DNA of 64,000 nt from Eledone cirrhosa (lineage: Eukaryota). The stretch lies in assembly GCA_964016885.1 (NCBI GenBank), contig OZ024740.1, forward strand, positions 20,708,001-20,772,000, read 5' to 3'. The position numbers were made by a program, and so were the translations under genes. The stretch's first letter is position 1. Every line of letters begins with the position of its first letter. The notes under the pieces were generated by a model. That model made no database searches, was not told the origin of the DNA, and was given only the letters and a program-made list of their open reading frames with translations. Below, in pieces: positions 45,701 to 58,354 of the stretch.

Positions 45701-46350
45701 GTCAGGCGCTCTACCTATACTGCCAATCCACCACCCTAACATGGTGTCAGACCCTCTACATACACTGCCAGTCCACCACCCTAACATGGCGTCAGACCCT
45801 CTACCAATACTGCCAATCCACAACCCTAACATGGTGTCAGACCCTCTACCAATACTGAAAATCCATCACTCTAGCATGGTGTCAGACCCTCTACCAATAC
45901 TACTAATCCACCACCCCTACATGGTGTCAGACCCTCTACCAATACTGCCAATCCACTACCCTAACATGGTGTCAGACCCTCTACCAATACTGACAATCCA
46001 CCACCCTAGCATGGTGTCAGACCCTCTATCGATACTGACAATCCACCACCCTAGCATGGTGTCAGACCCTCTATCTGTACTACCAACTCACTACCCTAGC
46101 ATAGCGTCAGAACCTCTACCTATACTGCCAGTCCACCAACCTAACATGGTGTCAGACCCTCTACCGATACTACCAATCCACCACCCTAGCATGGTGTCAG
46201 TCCCTCTACCTATACTACCAATCCACCACCATATCATGGCGTCAGACCCTCTACCTATACTGCCAATCCACCACCCTAACATGGCGTCAGACCCTCTACT
46301 GATACTGCCAATCCACCACCCTAGCATGGTGTCCAGCCCTCTACCGATAC
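42720..46350. repeat. Diverged duplicated block within the satellite, offset ~2.2 kb
   Basis: ORF pairs 42818/45019 and 42864/45065 (offset 2201) share rare variants (CCATTCCACCACCCATGG, CCTACCAAAGT, ACACTCAACC). Confidence 0.75.
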
Positions 46351-49300
46351 TGCCAATCCACCACCCTAGCATGGTGTCCGACCCTCTACCGATTCTGCCA
46401 ATCCACCACCCTAGCATGGTGTCCGACCCTCTACCGATTCTGCCAATCCACCACCCTAGCATGGTGTCCGACCCTCTACCAATACTGCCAATCAACCACT
46501 CTAACATGGTGTCAGACCCTCTACCGATACTGCCAATCCACCGTCCTAACATGGTGTCAGACCCTCTACCTGTACTACCAATCCACCACCCTACCATGGT
46601 GTCAGACCCTCTATCAATACTGCCAATCCACCTCCCTAGCATGGCGTCAGACCCTCTACCAATAATGCCAATCCACCACCATAGCATGGCGTCAGAGCCT
46701 CTACCAATACTGCAAATCCACCACCCTAGCATGGTGTCAGACACTCTACCTATACTGCCAATCCAACACCCTAGCAAGGCGTCAGACCCTCTACCGATAC
46801 TGCCAATCCGCCACCCTAGCATAGCGTCAGACCTTCTACCGATACTGCCAATCCACCACCCTAGCATGGCGTCAGATCCTCTACCGATACTGCCAATCCA
46901 CCACACTAGCATGGCGTCAGACCCTCTACGAATACTGCCAATCCACCACCCTAATATGGCGTCAGACCCTCTACCAATACTGCCAGTCCACCACCCTAGC
47001 ATGGTGTTCGACCCTCTACCGATACTGCCAATCCACCACCCTAGCATGGTGACCGACCCTCTACCAATACTGCCAATCCACCACCATAACATGGGGTCAG
47101 GCGCTCTACCTATACTGCCAATTCACCAACCTAACATGGTGTCAGACCCTCTACCTACACTGCCAGTCCACCACCCTAACATGGCGTCAGACCCTCTACC
47201 TATACTGCCAATCCACCTCCCTAGCATAGTTTCCAGCCCTCTACCAATACTACCAATCCACCACCCTAGCATGGTGTCAGACCCTCTTCCTTTACTACCA
47301 ATCCACCACCCTAGTATGGTGTCAGACCCTCTACCAATACTACCAATCCACCACCCTAGCATGGTGTTAGACCCTCTACCTATACTGCAAGTCCACCACC
47401 CTAACCTGGTGTCAGACCCTCTACCTATACTGCCAATCCACCACCCTAGCATAGCGTCAGACCCTCTACCGATACTGCCAATCCACCACCCTAGCATGGC
47501 ATCAGACTCTCTACCAATACTTGCCAGTCCACCACCCTAGCATGGTGTTCGACCCTCTACTGATACTGCCAATCCACCACCCTAGCATGGTGTTCGACCC
47601 TCTACCGATACTGCCAATCCACCACCCTAACATGGCGTCAGACCCTCTACCAATACTGCCAATCCACCACACTAACATGGTGTCAGACCCTCTACCAATA
47701 CTGCCAATCAACCACTCTAGCATGGCGTCAGACCCTCTACCGATACTGCCATTTCACCGCCCTAGCATGGTGTCAGACCCTCTACCAATACTACTAATCC
47801 ACCACCCCTACATGGTGTCAGACCCTCTACCAATACTACTAATCCACCACCCTAGCATGGTGTCAGACCCTCTACCTGTACTACCAACCCACCACCCTAG
47901 CATAGCATCAGAACCTCTACCTATACTGCCAGTCCACCACCCTAACATGGTATCAGACCCTCTACCGATACTACCAATCCACCACCCTAGCATGGTGTCA
48001 GACTCTCTACCTATACTACCAATCCACCACCATATCATGGCGTCAGACCCTCTACCTATACTGCCAATCCACCACCCTAACATGGTGTCAGACCCTCTAC
48101 CTATACTACCAATCCACCACCCTAGCATGGTGTCCAGCCCTCTAACGATACTGCATATCCACCACCCTAACATGGTGTCAGACCCTCTACCGATACTACC
48201 AATCCACCACCCTAGCATGGTGTCAGACCCTCTACCGATACTGCCAATCGACCACCCTAACATGGTGTCAGACCATCTACCAATACTGCCAGTCCACCAC
48301 CCTAGCATGGTGTCCGATCCTCAACCGATTCTGCCAATCCACCACCCTAGCATGGTGTCAGACCCTCTACCAATACTGCCAATCCACCACCCTAGCATGG
48401 TGTCCAGCCCTCTACCGATACTGCCAATCCACCACCCTAACATGGTGTCAGACCCTCTACCGATACTACCAATCCAGCACCCATGGTGTCAGACCCTCTA
48501 CCTGTACTACAAATCCACCACCCTACCATGGTGTCAGACCCTCTATCAATACTGCCAATCCACCTCCCTAGCATGGCGTCAGACCCTCTACCAATAATGC
48601 CAATCCACCACCATAGCATGGCGTCAGACCCTCTACTGATACTGCCAATCCACCACCCTAGCATGGTGTCCAGCCCTCTACCTATACTGCCAGTCCACCA
48701 GCCTAACATGGTGTCAGAGCCTCTACCTATACTACCAATCCACCACCCTAGCATGGTGTCAGAGCCTCTACCAATACTGCAAATCCACCACCCTAACATG
48801 GTGACAGACACTCTACCTATACTGCCAATCCACCATCCTAACATGGTGTCAGACCCTCTATCAATACTGCCAATCCACCACCCTAGCAAGGCGTCAGACC
48901 CTCTACCGATACTGCCAATCCGCCACCCTAGCATGGCGTCAGACCCTCTACCGATACTGCCAATCCACCACCCTAGCATGGCGTCAGACCCTCTACCAAT
49001 ACTGCCAATCCACCACCCTAATATGGCGTCAGACCCTCTACCAATACCGCCAGTCCACCACCCTAGCATGGTGTTCGACCCTCTACCGATACTGCCAAAC
49101 CACCACCCTAGCATGGTGTCCGACCCTCTACCAATACTGCCAATCCACCACCATAACATGGGGTCAGACTCTCTACCTATACTACCAATCCACCACCATA
49201 TCATGGCGTCAGACCCTCTACCTATACTGCCAATCCACCACTCTAACATGGTGTCAGACCCTCTACCGATACTACCAATCCACCACCCTAACATGGTGTC

Positions 49301-52300
49301 AGACCCTCTACCGATACTGCCAATCCACCACCCTAGCATGGTGTCAGACCCTCTACTGATAGTGCCAATCCACCACCCTAGCATGGTGTCCGACCCTCTA
49401 CCGATTCTGCCAATCCACCACCCTAACATGGTGTCAGACCCTCTACCGATACTACCAATCCACCACCCATGGTGTCAGACCCTCTACCTGTACTACCAAT
49501 CCACCACCCTAGCATGGTGTCCGACCCTCTACCGATTCTGCCAATTCACCACACTAGCATGGTGTCCGACCCTCTACCAATACTGCCAATCCACCACTCT
49601 AACATGGTGTGAGACCCTCTACCGATACTGCCAATCCGCCACCCTAGCATAGCGTCAGACCTTCTACCGATACTGCCAATCCACCACCCTAGCATGGCGT
49701 CAGACCCTCTACCGATACTGCCAATCCACCACCCTAATATGGCGTCAGACCCTCTACCAATACCGCCAGTCCACCACCCTAGCATGGTGTTCGACCCTCT
49801 ACCGATACTACCAATCCACCACCCTAACATGGTGTCCGACCCTCTACCAATACTGCCAATCCACCACCATAACATGGGGTCAGGCGCTCTACCTATACCG
49901 CCAATTCACCACCCTAACATGGTGTCAGACCCTCTACCTACACTGCCAGTCCACCACCCTAACATGGCGTCAGACCCTCTACCTATTCTGCCAATCCACC
50001 ACCCTAGCATGGTGTCAGACCCTCTTCCTTTACTACCAATCCACCACCCTAGCATGGTGTCAGACCCTCTACCAATACTACCAATCCACCACCCTAGCAT
50101 GGTGTTAGACCCTCTACCTATACTGCCAGTCCACCACCCTATCATGGTGTCAGACCCTCTACCTATACTGCCAATCCACCACGCTAACATGGTGTCAGAC
50201 CCTCTACCAATACTGCCAATCCACCACCCTAGCATAGCGTCAGACCCTCTACCTATACTGCCAATCCACCACCGTAACATTGTGTCAAACCCTCTACCAA
50301 TACTACCAAACCACCACCCTAGCATAGCGTCAGACCCTCTACCAATACTGCCAATCCACCACCCTAGCATGGCGTCAGACCCTCTACCAATACTGCCAAT
50401 CCACCACCCTATGATGGCGTCAGACCCTCTACCAATACTGCCAATCTACCACCCTAGCATGGCGCAGACCCTCTACCAATACTACCAATCCACCACCCTA
50501 GCATGGTGTCAGACCCTCTACCTATACTACCAATCCACCACCCTAACATGGTGTCAGACGCTCTACCTATACTGCCAGTCCACCACCCTAGCATGGCGTC
50601 AGACCCTCTACCAATACTGCCAATTCACCACCCTAGCATGGCGTCAGACCCTCTACCAATAATGCTAATCTACCACCCTAGCATGGCGCAGACCCTCTAC
50701 CAATACTACCAATCCACCACCCTAGCATGGTGTCAGACCCTCTACCTATACTACCAATCCACCACCCTAACATGGTGTCAGACGCTCTACCTATACTGCC
50801 AGTCCACCACCCTAGCATGGCGTCAGACCCTCTACCAATACTGCCAATCCACCACCCTAGCATGGCATCAGACCCTCTACCAATACTGCCAATCCACCAC
50901 CCTAGCATGGCGTCAGACCCTCTACCAATACTGCCAATCCACCACCATAACATGGTGTCAGACCCTCTACCAATACTACCAATCCACCATCCTAACATGG
51001 CGTCAGACCCTCTACCTATACTACCAATCCACCGTCCTAACATGGTGTCAGACCCTCTACCGATACTGCCAATCCACCACCCTAACATGGTCTCAGACCC
51101 TCTACCAATACTGCCAATCCACCACCCTAATATGGCGTCAGACCCTCTACCAATACCGCCAGTCCACCACCCTAGCATGGTGTTCGACCCTCTACCGATA
51201 CTGCCAATCCACCACCCTAGCATGGTGGCCGACCCTCTACCAATACTGCCAATCCACCACCATAACATGGGGTCAGGCGCTCTACCTATACCGCCAATTC
51301 ACCACCCTAACATGGTGTCAGACCCTCTACCTACACTGCCAGTGCACCACCCTAACATGGCGTCAGACCCTCTACCTATTCTGCCAATCCACCTGCCTAG
51401 CATGGTGTCCAGCCCTATACCAAAACTACCAATCCACCACCCTAGCATGGTGTCAGACCCTCTTCCTTTACTACCAATCCACCACCCTAGCATGGTGTCA
51501 GACCCTCTACCAATACTACCAATCCACCACCCTAGCATGGTGTTAGACCCTCTACCTATACTGCCAGTCCACCACCCTAACATGGTGTCAGACCCTCTAC
51601 CTATACTGCCAATCCACCACCCTAACATGGTGTCAGACCCTCTACCAATACTGCCAATCCACCACCCTAGCATAGCGTCAGACCCTCTACCTATACTGCC
51701 AATCCACCACCGTAACATTGTGTCAAACCCTCTACCAATACTACCAAACCACCACCCTAGCAAGGCGTCAGACCCTCTACCAATACTGCCAATCCACCAC
51801 CCTAGCATGGCGTCAGACCCTCTACCAATACTGCCAATCCACCACCCTAGGATGGCGTCAGACCCTCTACCAATACTGCCAATCTACCACCCTAGCATGG
51901 CGCAGACCCTCTACCAATACTACCAATCCACCACCCTAGCATGGTGTCAGACCCTCTACCTATACTACCAATCCACCACCCTAACATGGTGTCAGACGCT
52001 CTACCTATACTGCCAGTCCACCACCCTAGCATGACGTCAGACCCTCTACCAATACTGCCAATTCACCACCCTAGCATGGTGTCAGACCCTCTACCTATAC
52101 TACCAATCCACCACCCTACAATGGTGTCAGACGCTCTACCTATACTGCCAGTCCACCACCCTAGCATGGCGTCAGACCCTCTACCAATTCTGCCAATCCA
52201 CCACCCTAGCATGGCGTCAGACCCTCTACCAATACTGCCAATCCACCACCCTAGCATGGCGTCAGACCCTCTACCAATACTGCCAATCCACCACCCTAAC

Positions 52301-55300
52301 ATGGTGTCAGACCCTCTACCAATACTACCAATCCACCATCCTAACATGGCGTCAGACCCTCTACCTATACTACCAATCCACCGTCCTAACATGGTGTCAG
52401 ACCCTCTACCGATACTGCCAATCCACCACCCTAACATGGTGTCCGACCCTCTACCAATACTGCCAATCCACCACCATAGCATGGCGTCAGACCCTCTACT
52501 GATACTGCCAATCCACCACCCTAGCATGGTGTCCAGCCCTCTACCTATACTGCCAGTTCACCACCCTAACATGGTGTCAGAGCCTCTACCTATACTACCA
52601 ATCCACCACCCTAGCATGGTGTCAGAACCTCTACCAATACTGCAAATCCACCACCCTAACATGGTGTCAGACACTCTACCAATACTGCCAATCCACCAAC
52701 ATAGCATGGCGTCAGACCCTCTACTGATACTGCCAATCCACCACCCTAGCATGGTGTCCAGCCCTCTACCTATACTGCCAGTCCACCACCCTAACATGGT
52801 GTCAGAGCCTCTACCTATACTACCAATCCACCACCCTAGCATGGTGTCAGAGCCTCTACCAATACTGCAAATCCACCACCCTAACATGGTGTCAGACACT
52901 CTACCTATACTGCCAATCCACCACCCTAACATGGTGTTAGACCCTCTACCGATACTGCCAATCCACCACCCTAGCAAGGCGTCAGACCCTCTACCTATAC
53001 TGCCAATCCGCCACCCTAGCATGGCGTCAGACCCTCTACAGATACTGCCAATCCACCATCCTAGCATGGCGTCAGACCCTCTACCAATACTGCCAATCCA
53101 CCACCCTAATATGGCGTCAGACCCTCTACCAATACCGCCAGTCCACCACCCTAGCATGGTGTTCGACCCTCTACCGATACTGCCAATCCACCACCCTAGC
53201 ATGGTGTCCGACCCTCTACCAATACTGCCAATCCACCAACATAACATGGGGTCAGGCGCTCTACCTATACTGCCAATTCACCACCCTAACATGGTGTCAG
53301 ACCCTCTACCTACACTGCCAGTCCACCACCCTAACATGGCGTCAGACCCTCTACCTATACTGCCAATCCACCTCCCTAGCATGGTGTCCAGCCCTCTACC
53401 AAAACTACCAATCCACCACCCTAGCATGGTTTCAGACCCTCTTCCTTTACTACCAATCCACCACCCTAGCATGGTGTCAGACCCTCTACCAATACTACCA
53501 ATCCACCACCCTAGCATGGTGTTAGACCCTCTACCTATACTGCCAGTCCACCACCCTAACATGGTGTCAGACCCTCTACCTATACTGCCAATCCACCACC
53601 CTAACATGGTGTCAGACCCTCTACCAATACTGCCAATCCACCACCCTAGCATAGCGTCAGACCCTCTACCTATACTGCCAATCCACAACCGTAACATTGT
53701 GTCAAACCCTCTACCAATACTACCAAACCACCACCCTAGTATGGCGTCAGACCCTCTACCGATACTGCCAATCCACCACCCTAGCATGGTGTCCGACCTT
53801 CTACCAATACTGCCAATCCACCACCATAACATGGGGTCAGGCGCTCTACCTATACTGCCAATTCACCACCCTAACATGGTGTCAGACCCTCTACCTACAC
53901 TGCCAGTCCACCACCCTAACATGGCGTCAGACCCTCTACCTATACTGCCAATCCACCTCCCTAGCATGGTGTCCAGCCCTCTACCAAAACTACGAATCCA
54001 CCACCCTAGCATGGTGTCAGACCCTCTTCCTTTACTACCGATCCACCACCCTAACATGGTGTCAGACCCTCTACCAATACTGCCAATCCACCACCCTAGC
54101 ATAGCGTCAGACCCTCTACCTATACTGCCAATCCACCACCGTAACATTGTGTCAAACCCTCTACCAATACTGCCAATCCACCACCCTAGGATGGCGTCAG
54201 ACCCTCTACCAATACTGCCAATCTACCACCCTAGCATGGCGCAGACCCTCTACCAATACTACCAATCCACCACCCTAGCATGGTGTCAGACGCTCTACCT
54301 ATACTGCCAGTCCACCACCCTAGCATGGCGTCAGACCCTCTACCAATACTGCCAATTCACCACCCTAGCATGGCGTCAGACCCTCTACCAATAATGCCAA
54401 TCTACCACCCTAGCATGGCGCAGACCCTCTACCAATGCTACCAATCCACCACCCTAGCATGGTGTCAGACCCTCTACCTATACTACCAATCCACCACCCT
54501 AACTTGGTGTCAGACCCTCTACCAATACTACCAATCCACCACCCTAGCATGGTGTCAGACCCTCTACCTATACTACCAATCCACCACCCTACCATGGTGT
54601 CCGACCCTCTACCAATACTGCCAATCCACCACCCTAGCATGGCGTCAGACCCTCTACCAATACTGCCAATCCACCACCCTAGCATGGCGCAGACCCTCTA
54701 CCAATACTACCAATCCACCATCCTAACATGGCGTCAGACCCTCTACCTATACTGCCAATCCACCACCCTAACATAGCGTCAGACCCTCTACCGATACTGC
54801 CAATCCACCACCTTAGCATGGTGTCAGACCCTCTACCTATACTACCAATCCACCACCCTAGCATCGTGTCAGACCCTCTACCTATACTACCAATCCACCG
54901 TCCTAACATGGTGTCAGACCCTCTACCAATACCGTCAATGCACCGTCCTAACATGGTGTCAGACCCTCTACCGATACTGCCAATCCACCACCCTAGCATG
55001 GTGTCAGACCCTCTACCAATACCGTCAATGCACCGTCCTAACATGGTGTCAGTCCCTCTACCGATACTGCCAATCCACCACCCTAGCATGGTGTCAGACC
55101 CTCTACCAATACTGCCAATGCACCGTCCTAACATGGTGTCAGACCCTCTACCGATACTGCCAATCCACCACCCTAACATGGTGTCAGACCCTCTACCAAT
55201 ACCGTCAATGCACCGTCCTAACATGGTGTCAGACCCTCTACCGATACTGCCAATCCACCACCCTAACATGGTGTCAGACCCTCTACCTATACTACCAATC

Positions 55301-55714
55301 CACCACTCTAGCATCGTGTCAAAACCCTCTACCGATACTGCCAATCAACCACCCTAGCATAGCGTCAGACCCTCTACCGATACTGCCAATCAACCACCCT
55401 AGCATGGCGTCAGACCCTCTACCTATACTACCAATCCACCACCCTAACATGGTGTCAGACCCTCTACCAATACTGCCAATCCACCACCCTAACATAACGT
55501 CAGACCCTCTACCTATACTACCAATCCACCACCCTAACATGGTGTCAGACCCTCTACCAATACTGCCAATCCACCACCCTAGCATGGTGTCAGACCCTCT
55601 ACCAATACTACCAATCCACCACCCTAACATGGTGTCAGACCCTCTACCTATACTACCAATCCACCACCCTAACATGGTGTCAGACCCTCTACCAATACTG
55701 CCAATCCACCACCC

Positions 55715-55850
55715 AATTCAATAATAATAATAAAAAGAAGAAAAAGAACAATTAACACAAAAACAACTAAAAGGAAAAAAATGAAATATAATATACTTTA
55801 ATAATACGTATATAATAAAACAAAGATGCAATATATGTATATAACAAAGA
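55715..55850. other. A-rich low-complexity flank at the satellite boundary
   Basis: AATTCAATAATAATAATAAAAAGAAGAAAAAGAAC... follows directly after the last partial monomer. Confidence 0.8.
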
Positions 55851-56060
55851 AGGTGTGGTAAGATACCAGGTGGACCATAACACACCAGAGTACTCGATAC
55901 TTAGGATTGTAGAGTGGGCAATAAGAAAAGTGTCAGGGCCCCCCGACGACTGAGCTACGGCCGTCCCGTTGGTGATAATTGCTGTTTTAATGCTAGCGGT
56001 GCTAGTATAACAGGTTATGGTGAAAATAATGGTTGTTTTGCTAGAGTGTATAGTGGTTGT

Positions 56061-56215
56061 GACGGCGAATTTGGCAGAGTGGTTAGAATGTCGGATAGAG
56101 TCGGTTTCGTTCTGGTTCTCTGCTCTGTGGGTTCAAATCCCGCCGAGGTCAATTTCGTCTTTCTCTCTTCCGATATCAATAAAAAAAAAGTATTAGTTTA
56201 GTACTGGGATCGATT
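56061..56215 (+). mobile_element. Degraded tRNA-derived SINE with a Nin/Deu-like central domain
   Basis: Pol III A-box TGGCAGAGTGG (~56072) and B-box GGGTTCAAATCCC (~56129). Followed by GCCGAGGTCAATTTCGTCTTTC...GATATCAATAAAA...GTATTAG...GTACTGGGATCGAT, which from memory resembles the abundant octopus SINE (GCCGAGGTCGACTTTGCCTTTCATCC...GTCGATAAA...GTACCAG...ACTGGGGTCGAT). No cloverleaf. Confidence 0.75.
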
Positions 56216-56417
56216 GTTCCTCTATATCTCTTTCTCAATCCCCCCCCTCTCTCTATCATACTCTGGAAGAAACTGCTGTACTCAGGTCTAGAGAGGGATG
56301 GGCTCTGCCAGGTTTGAAAGCCCAAGAAACGTCGAATGTAAATACGTCACCCCTACAACTCCACCAGGAGACCATACTACACCATAGTAGTGTATTTGTA
56401 GTGGTCCTTGTGGTTGT

Positions 56418-58249
56418 GTAGTGGATGGTTGTTGTGGTGGTCGTAGTGATGGTCGTAGTGGATGGTTGTTGTGGTGGTCGTAGTGATGGTCGTAGTGATG
56501 GCCGTAGTGATGGTCGTAGTAATGATCGTAGTGATGGTCGTATTGATGGTCGTAGTGATGGTTGTTGTGATGGTCGTAGTGATGGTCGTAGTGATGGTCG
56601 TAGTGATGGTCGTAGTGATGGTCGTAGTGATGGTCTTAGTGATGGTCGTAGTGATGGTCGTAGTGATGGTCGTAGTGATGGTCTTAGTGATGGTCGTAGT
56701 GATGGTCGTAGTGATGGTCGTAGTGATGGTCGTAGTGATGGTCGTAGTGATGGTCGTAGTGATGGTCGTAGTGATGGTCTTAGTGATGGTCGTAGTGATG
56801 GTCGTAGTGATGGTCGTAGTGATGGTCTTAGTGATGGTCGTAGTGATGGTCGTAGTGATGGTCGTAGTGATGGTCGTAGTGATGGTCGTAGTGATGGTCT
56901 TAGTGATGGTCGTAGTGATGGTCGTAGTGATGGTCTTAGTGATGGTCGTAGTGATGGTCGTAGTGATGGTCGTAGTGATGGTCTTAGTGATGGTCGTAGT
57001 GATGGTCGTAGTGATGGTCGTAGTGATGGTCGTAGTGATGGTCGTAGTGATGGTCTTAGTGATGGTCGTAGTGATGGTCGTAGTGATGGTCGTAGTGATG
57101 GTCGTAGTGATGGTCTTAGTGATGGTCGTAGTGATGGTCGTAGTGATGGTCATAGTGATGGTCGTAGTGATGGTCGTAGTGATGGTCTTAGTGATGGTCG
57201 TAGTGATGGTCGTAGTGATGGTCGTAGTGATGGTCTTAGTGATGGTCTTAGTGATGGTCGTAGTGATGGTCGTAGTGATGGTCGTAGTGATGGTCGTAGT
57301 GATGGTCGTAGTGATGGTCGTAGTGATGTTCGTAGTGATGGTCGTAGTGATGGTCGTAGTGATGGTCTTAGTGATGGTCGTAGTGATGGTCGTAGTGATG
57401 GTCGTAGTGATGGTCGTAGTGATGGTCGTAGTGATGGTCATAGTGATGGTCGTAGTGATGGTCGTAGTGATGGTTGTAGTGATGGTCATAGTGATGGTCT
57501 TAGTGATGGTCGTAGTGATGGTCGTAGTGATGGTCGTAGTGATGGTCGTAGTGATGGTCTTAGTGATGGTCGTAGTGATGGTCGTAGTGATGGTCTTAGT
57601 GATGGTCTTAGTCATGGTCTTAGTCATGGTCGTAGTGATGGTCGTAGTGATGGTCGTAGTGATGGTTGTAGTGATGGTCGTAGTGATGGTCGTAGTGATG
57701 GTCGTAGTGATGGTCTTAGTGATGGTCGTAGTGATGGTCGTAGTGATGGTCTTAGTGATGGTCGTAGTGATGGTCGTAGTGATGGTCGTAGTGATGGTCT
57801 TAGTGATGGTCGTAGTGATGGTCGTAGTGATGGTCGTAGTGATGGTCGTAGTGATGGTCGTAGTGATGGTCGTAGTGATGGTCGTATTGATGGTCGTAGT
57901 GATGGTCGTAGTAATGGTCGTAGTGATGGTCGTAGTGATGGTCGTAGTAATGGTCGTAGTGATGGTCTTAGTGATGGTTGTTGTGATGGTCGTAGTGATG
58001 GTCGTAGTGATGGTCGTAGTGATGGTCATAGTGATGGTCGTAGTGATGGTCGTAGTGATGGTCGTAGTGATGGTCGTAGTGATGGTCGTAGTGATGGTCT
58101 TAGTGATGGTCGTAGTGATGGTCGTAGTGATGGTCGTAGTGATGGTCATAGTGATGGTCGTAGTGATGGTCGTAGTGATGGTTGTAGTGATGGTCATAGT
58201 GATGGTCGTAGTGATGGTCGTAGTGATGGTCGTAGTGATGGTCGTAGTG
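56418..58249. repeat. 12-bp minisatellite (GATGGTCGTAGT)n, ~150 copies
   Basis: Very homogeneous 12-mer. Variation is mostly at one site (CGT/CTT/CAT). It accounts for ORFs 56377-58308, 56425-58284 and 56462-58291. Confidence 0.98.
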
Positions 58250-58354
58250 GAGGCTACGATCTTCACCTTGATTACTTTATATGATATTTGAGAAATGTCA
58301 ATTCCCAATTGAGGTGAGCATTCTTTTGTGGTTGAGGGCCTTATAGAGATAAAT

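Larger units (their letters stand above)
1..55714. repeat. 45-bp tandem satellite DNA array (~1,240 monomers), continues off the left edge
   Basis: Uninterrupted head-to-tail repeats of ATGG(T/C)GTC(A/C/T)GACCCTCTACC(A/G/T)ATACT(G/A)CCA(A/G)TCCACCACCCTA(G/A)C. Scattered substitutions and occasional 41/43/44/46-bp indel monomers. Ends abruptly at ...CCACCACCC (55714). Monomer count is length divided by 45. Confidence 0.99.

Noticed and set aside
1-55714. CRISPR array
   Set aside because: No unique spacers, contiguous monomers, no cas genes, and a eukaryotic context.
1-55714. True telomeric array or Chi sites
   Set aside because: CCCTAA occurs singly per monomer rather than in tandem. GGTGGTGG is not the E. 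coli Chi GCTGGTGG, and Chi is irrelevant here.
1-55724. Many long ORFs (MVSDPLPILPIHHPS, MLGWWIGSIGRGSDT and WCQTLYQYCQSTTLA repeats) as protein-coding genes
   Set aside because: The monomer is 15 codons and stop-free in three frames, so long ORFs are automatic. They overlap on both strands, have no unique N- or C-terminal domains, and are broken by indel monomers. Only the synonymous-bias hint is kept, as a finding.
56061-56145. tRNA gene
   Set aside because: A and B boxes are present, but their spacing is long, no convincing cloverleaf forms, and a SINE-like body follows.
55914-56201. 95-aa ORF
   Set aside because: GTG start, runs through a SINE, and has no recognisable motif.
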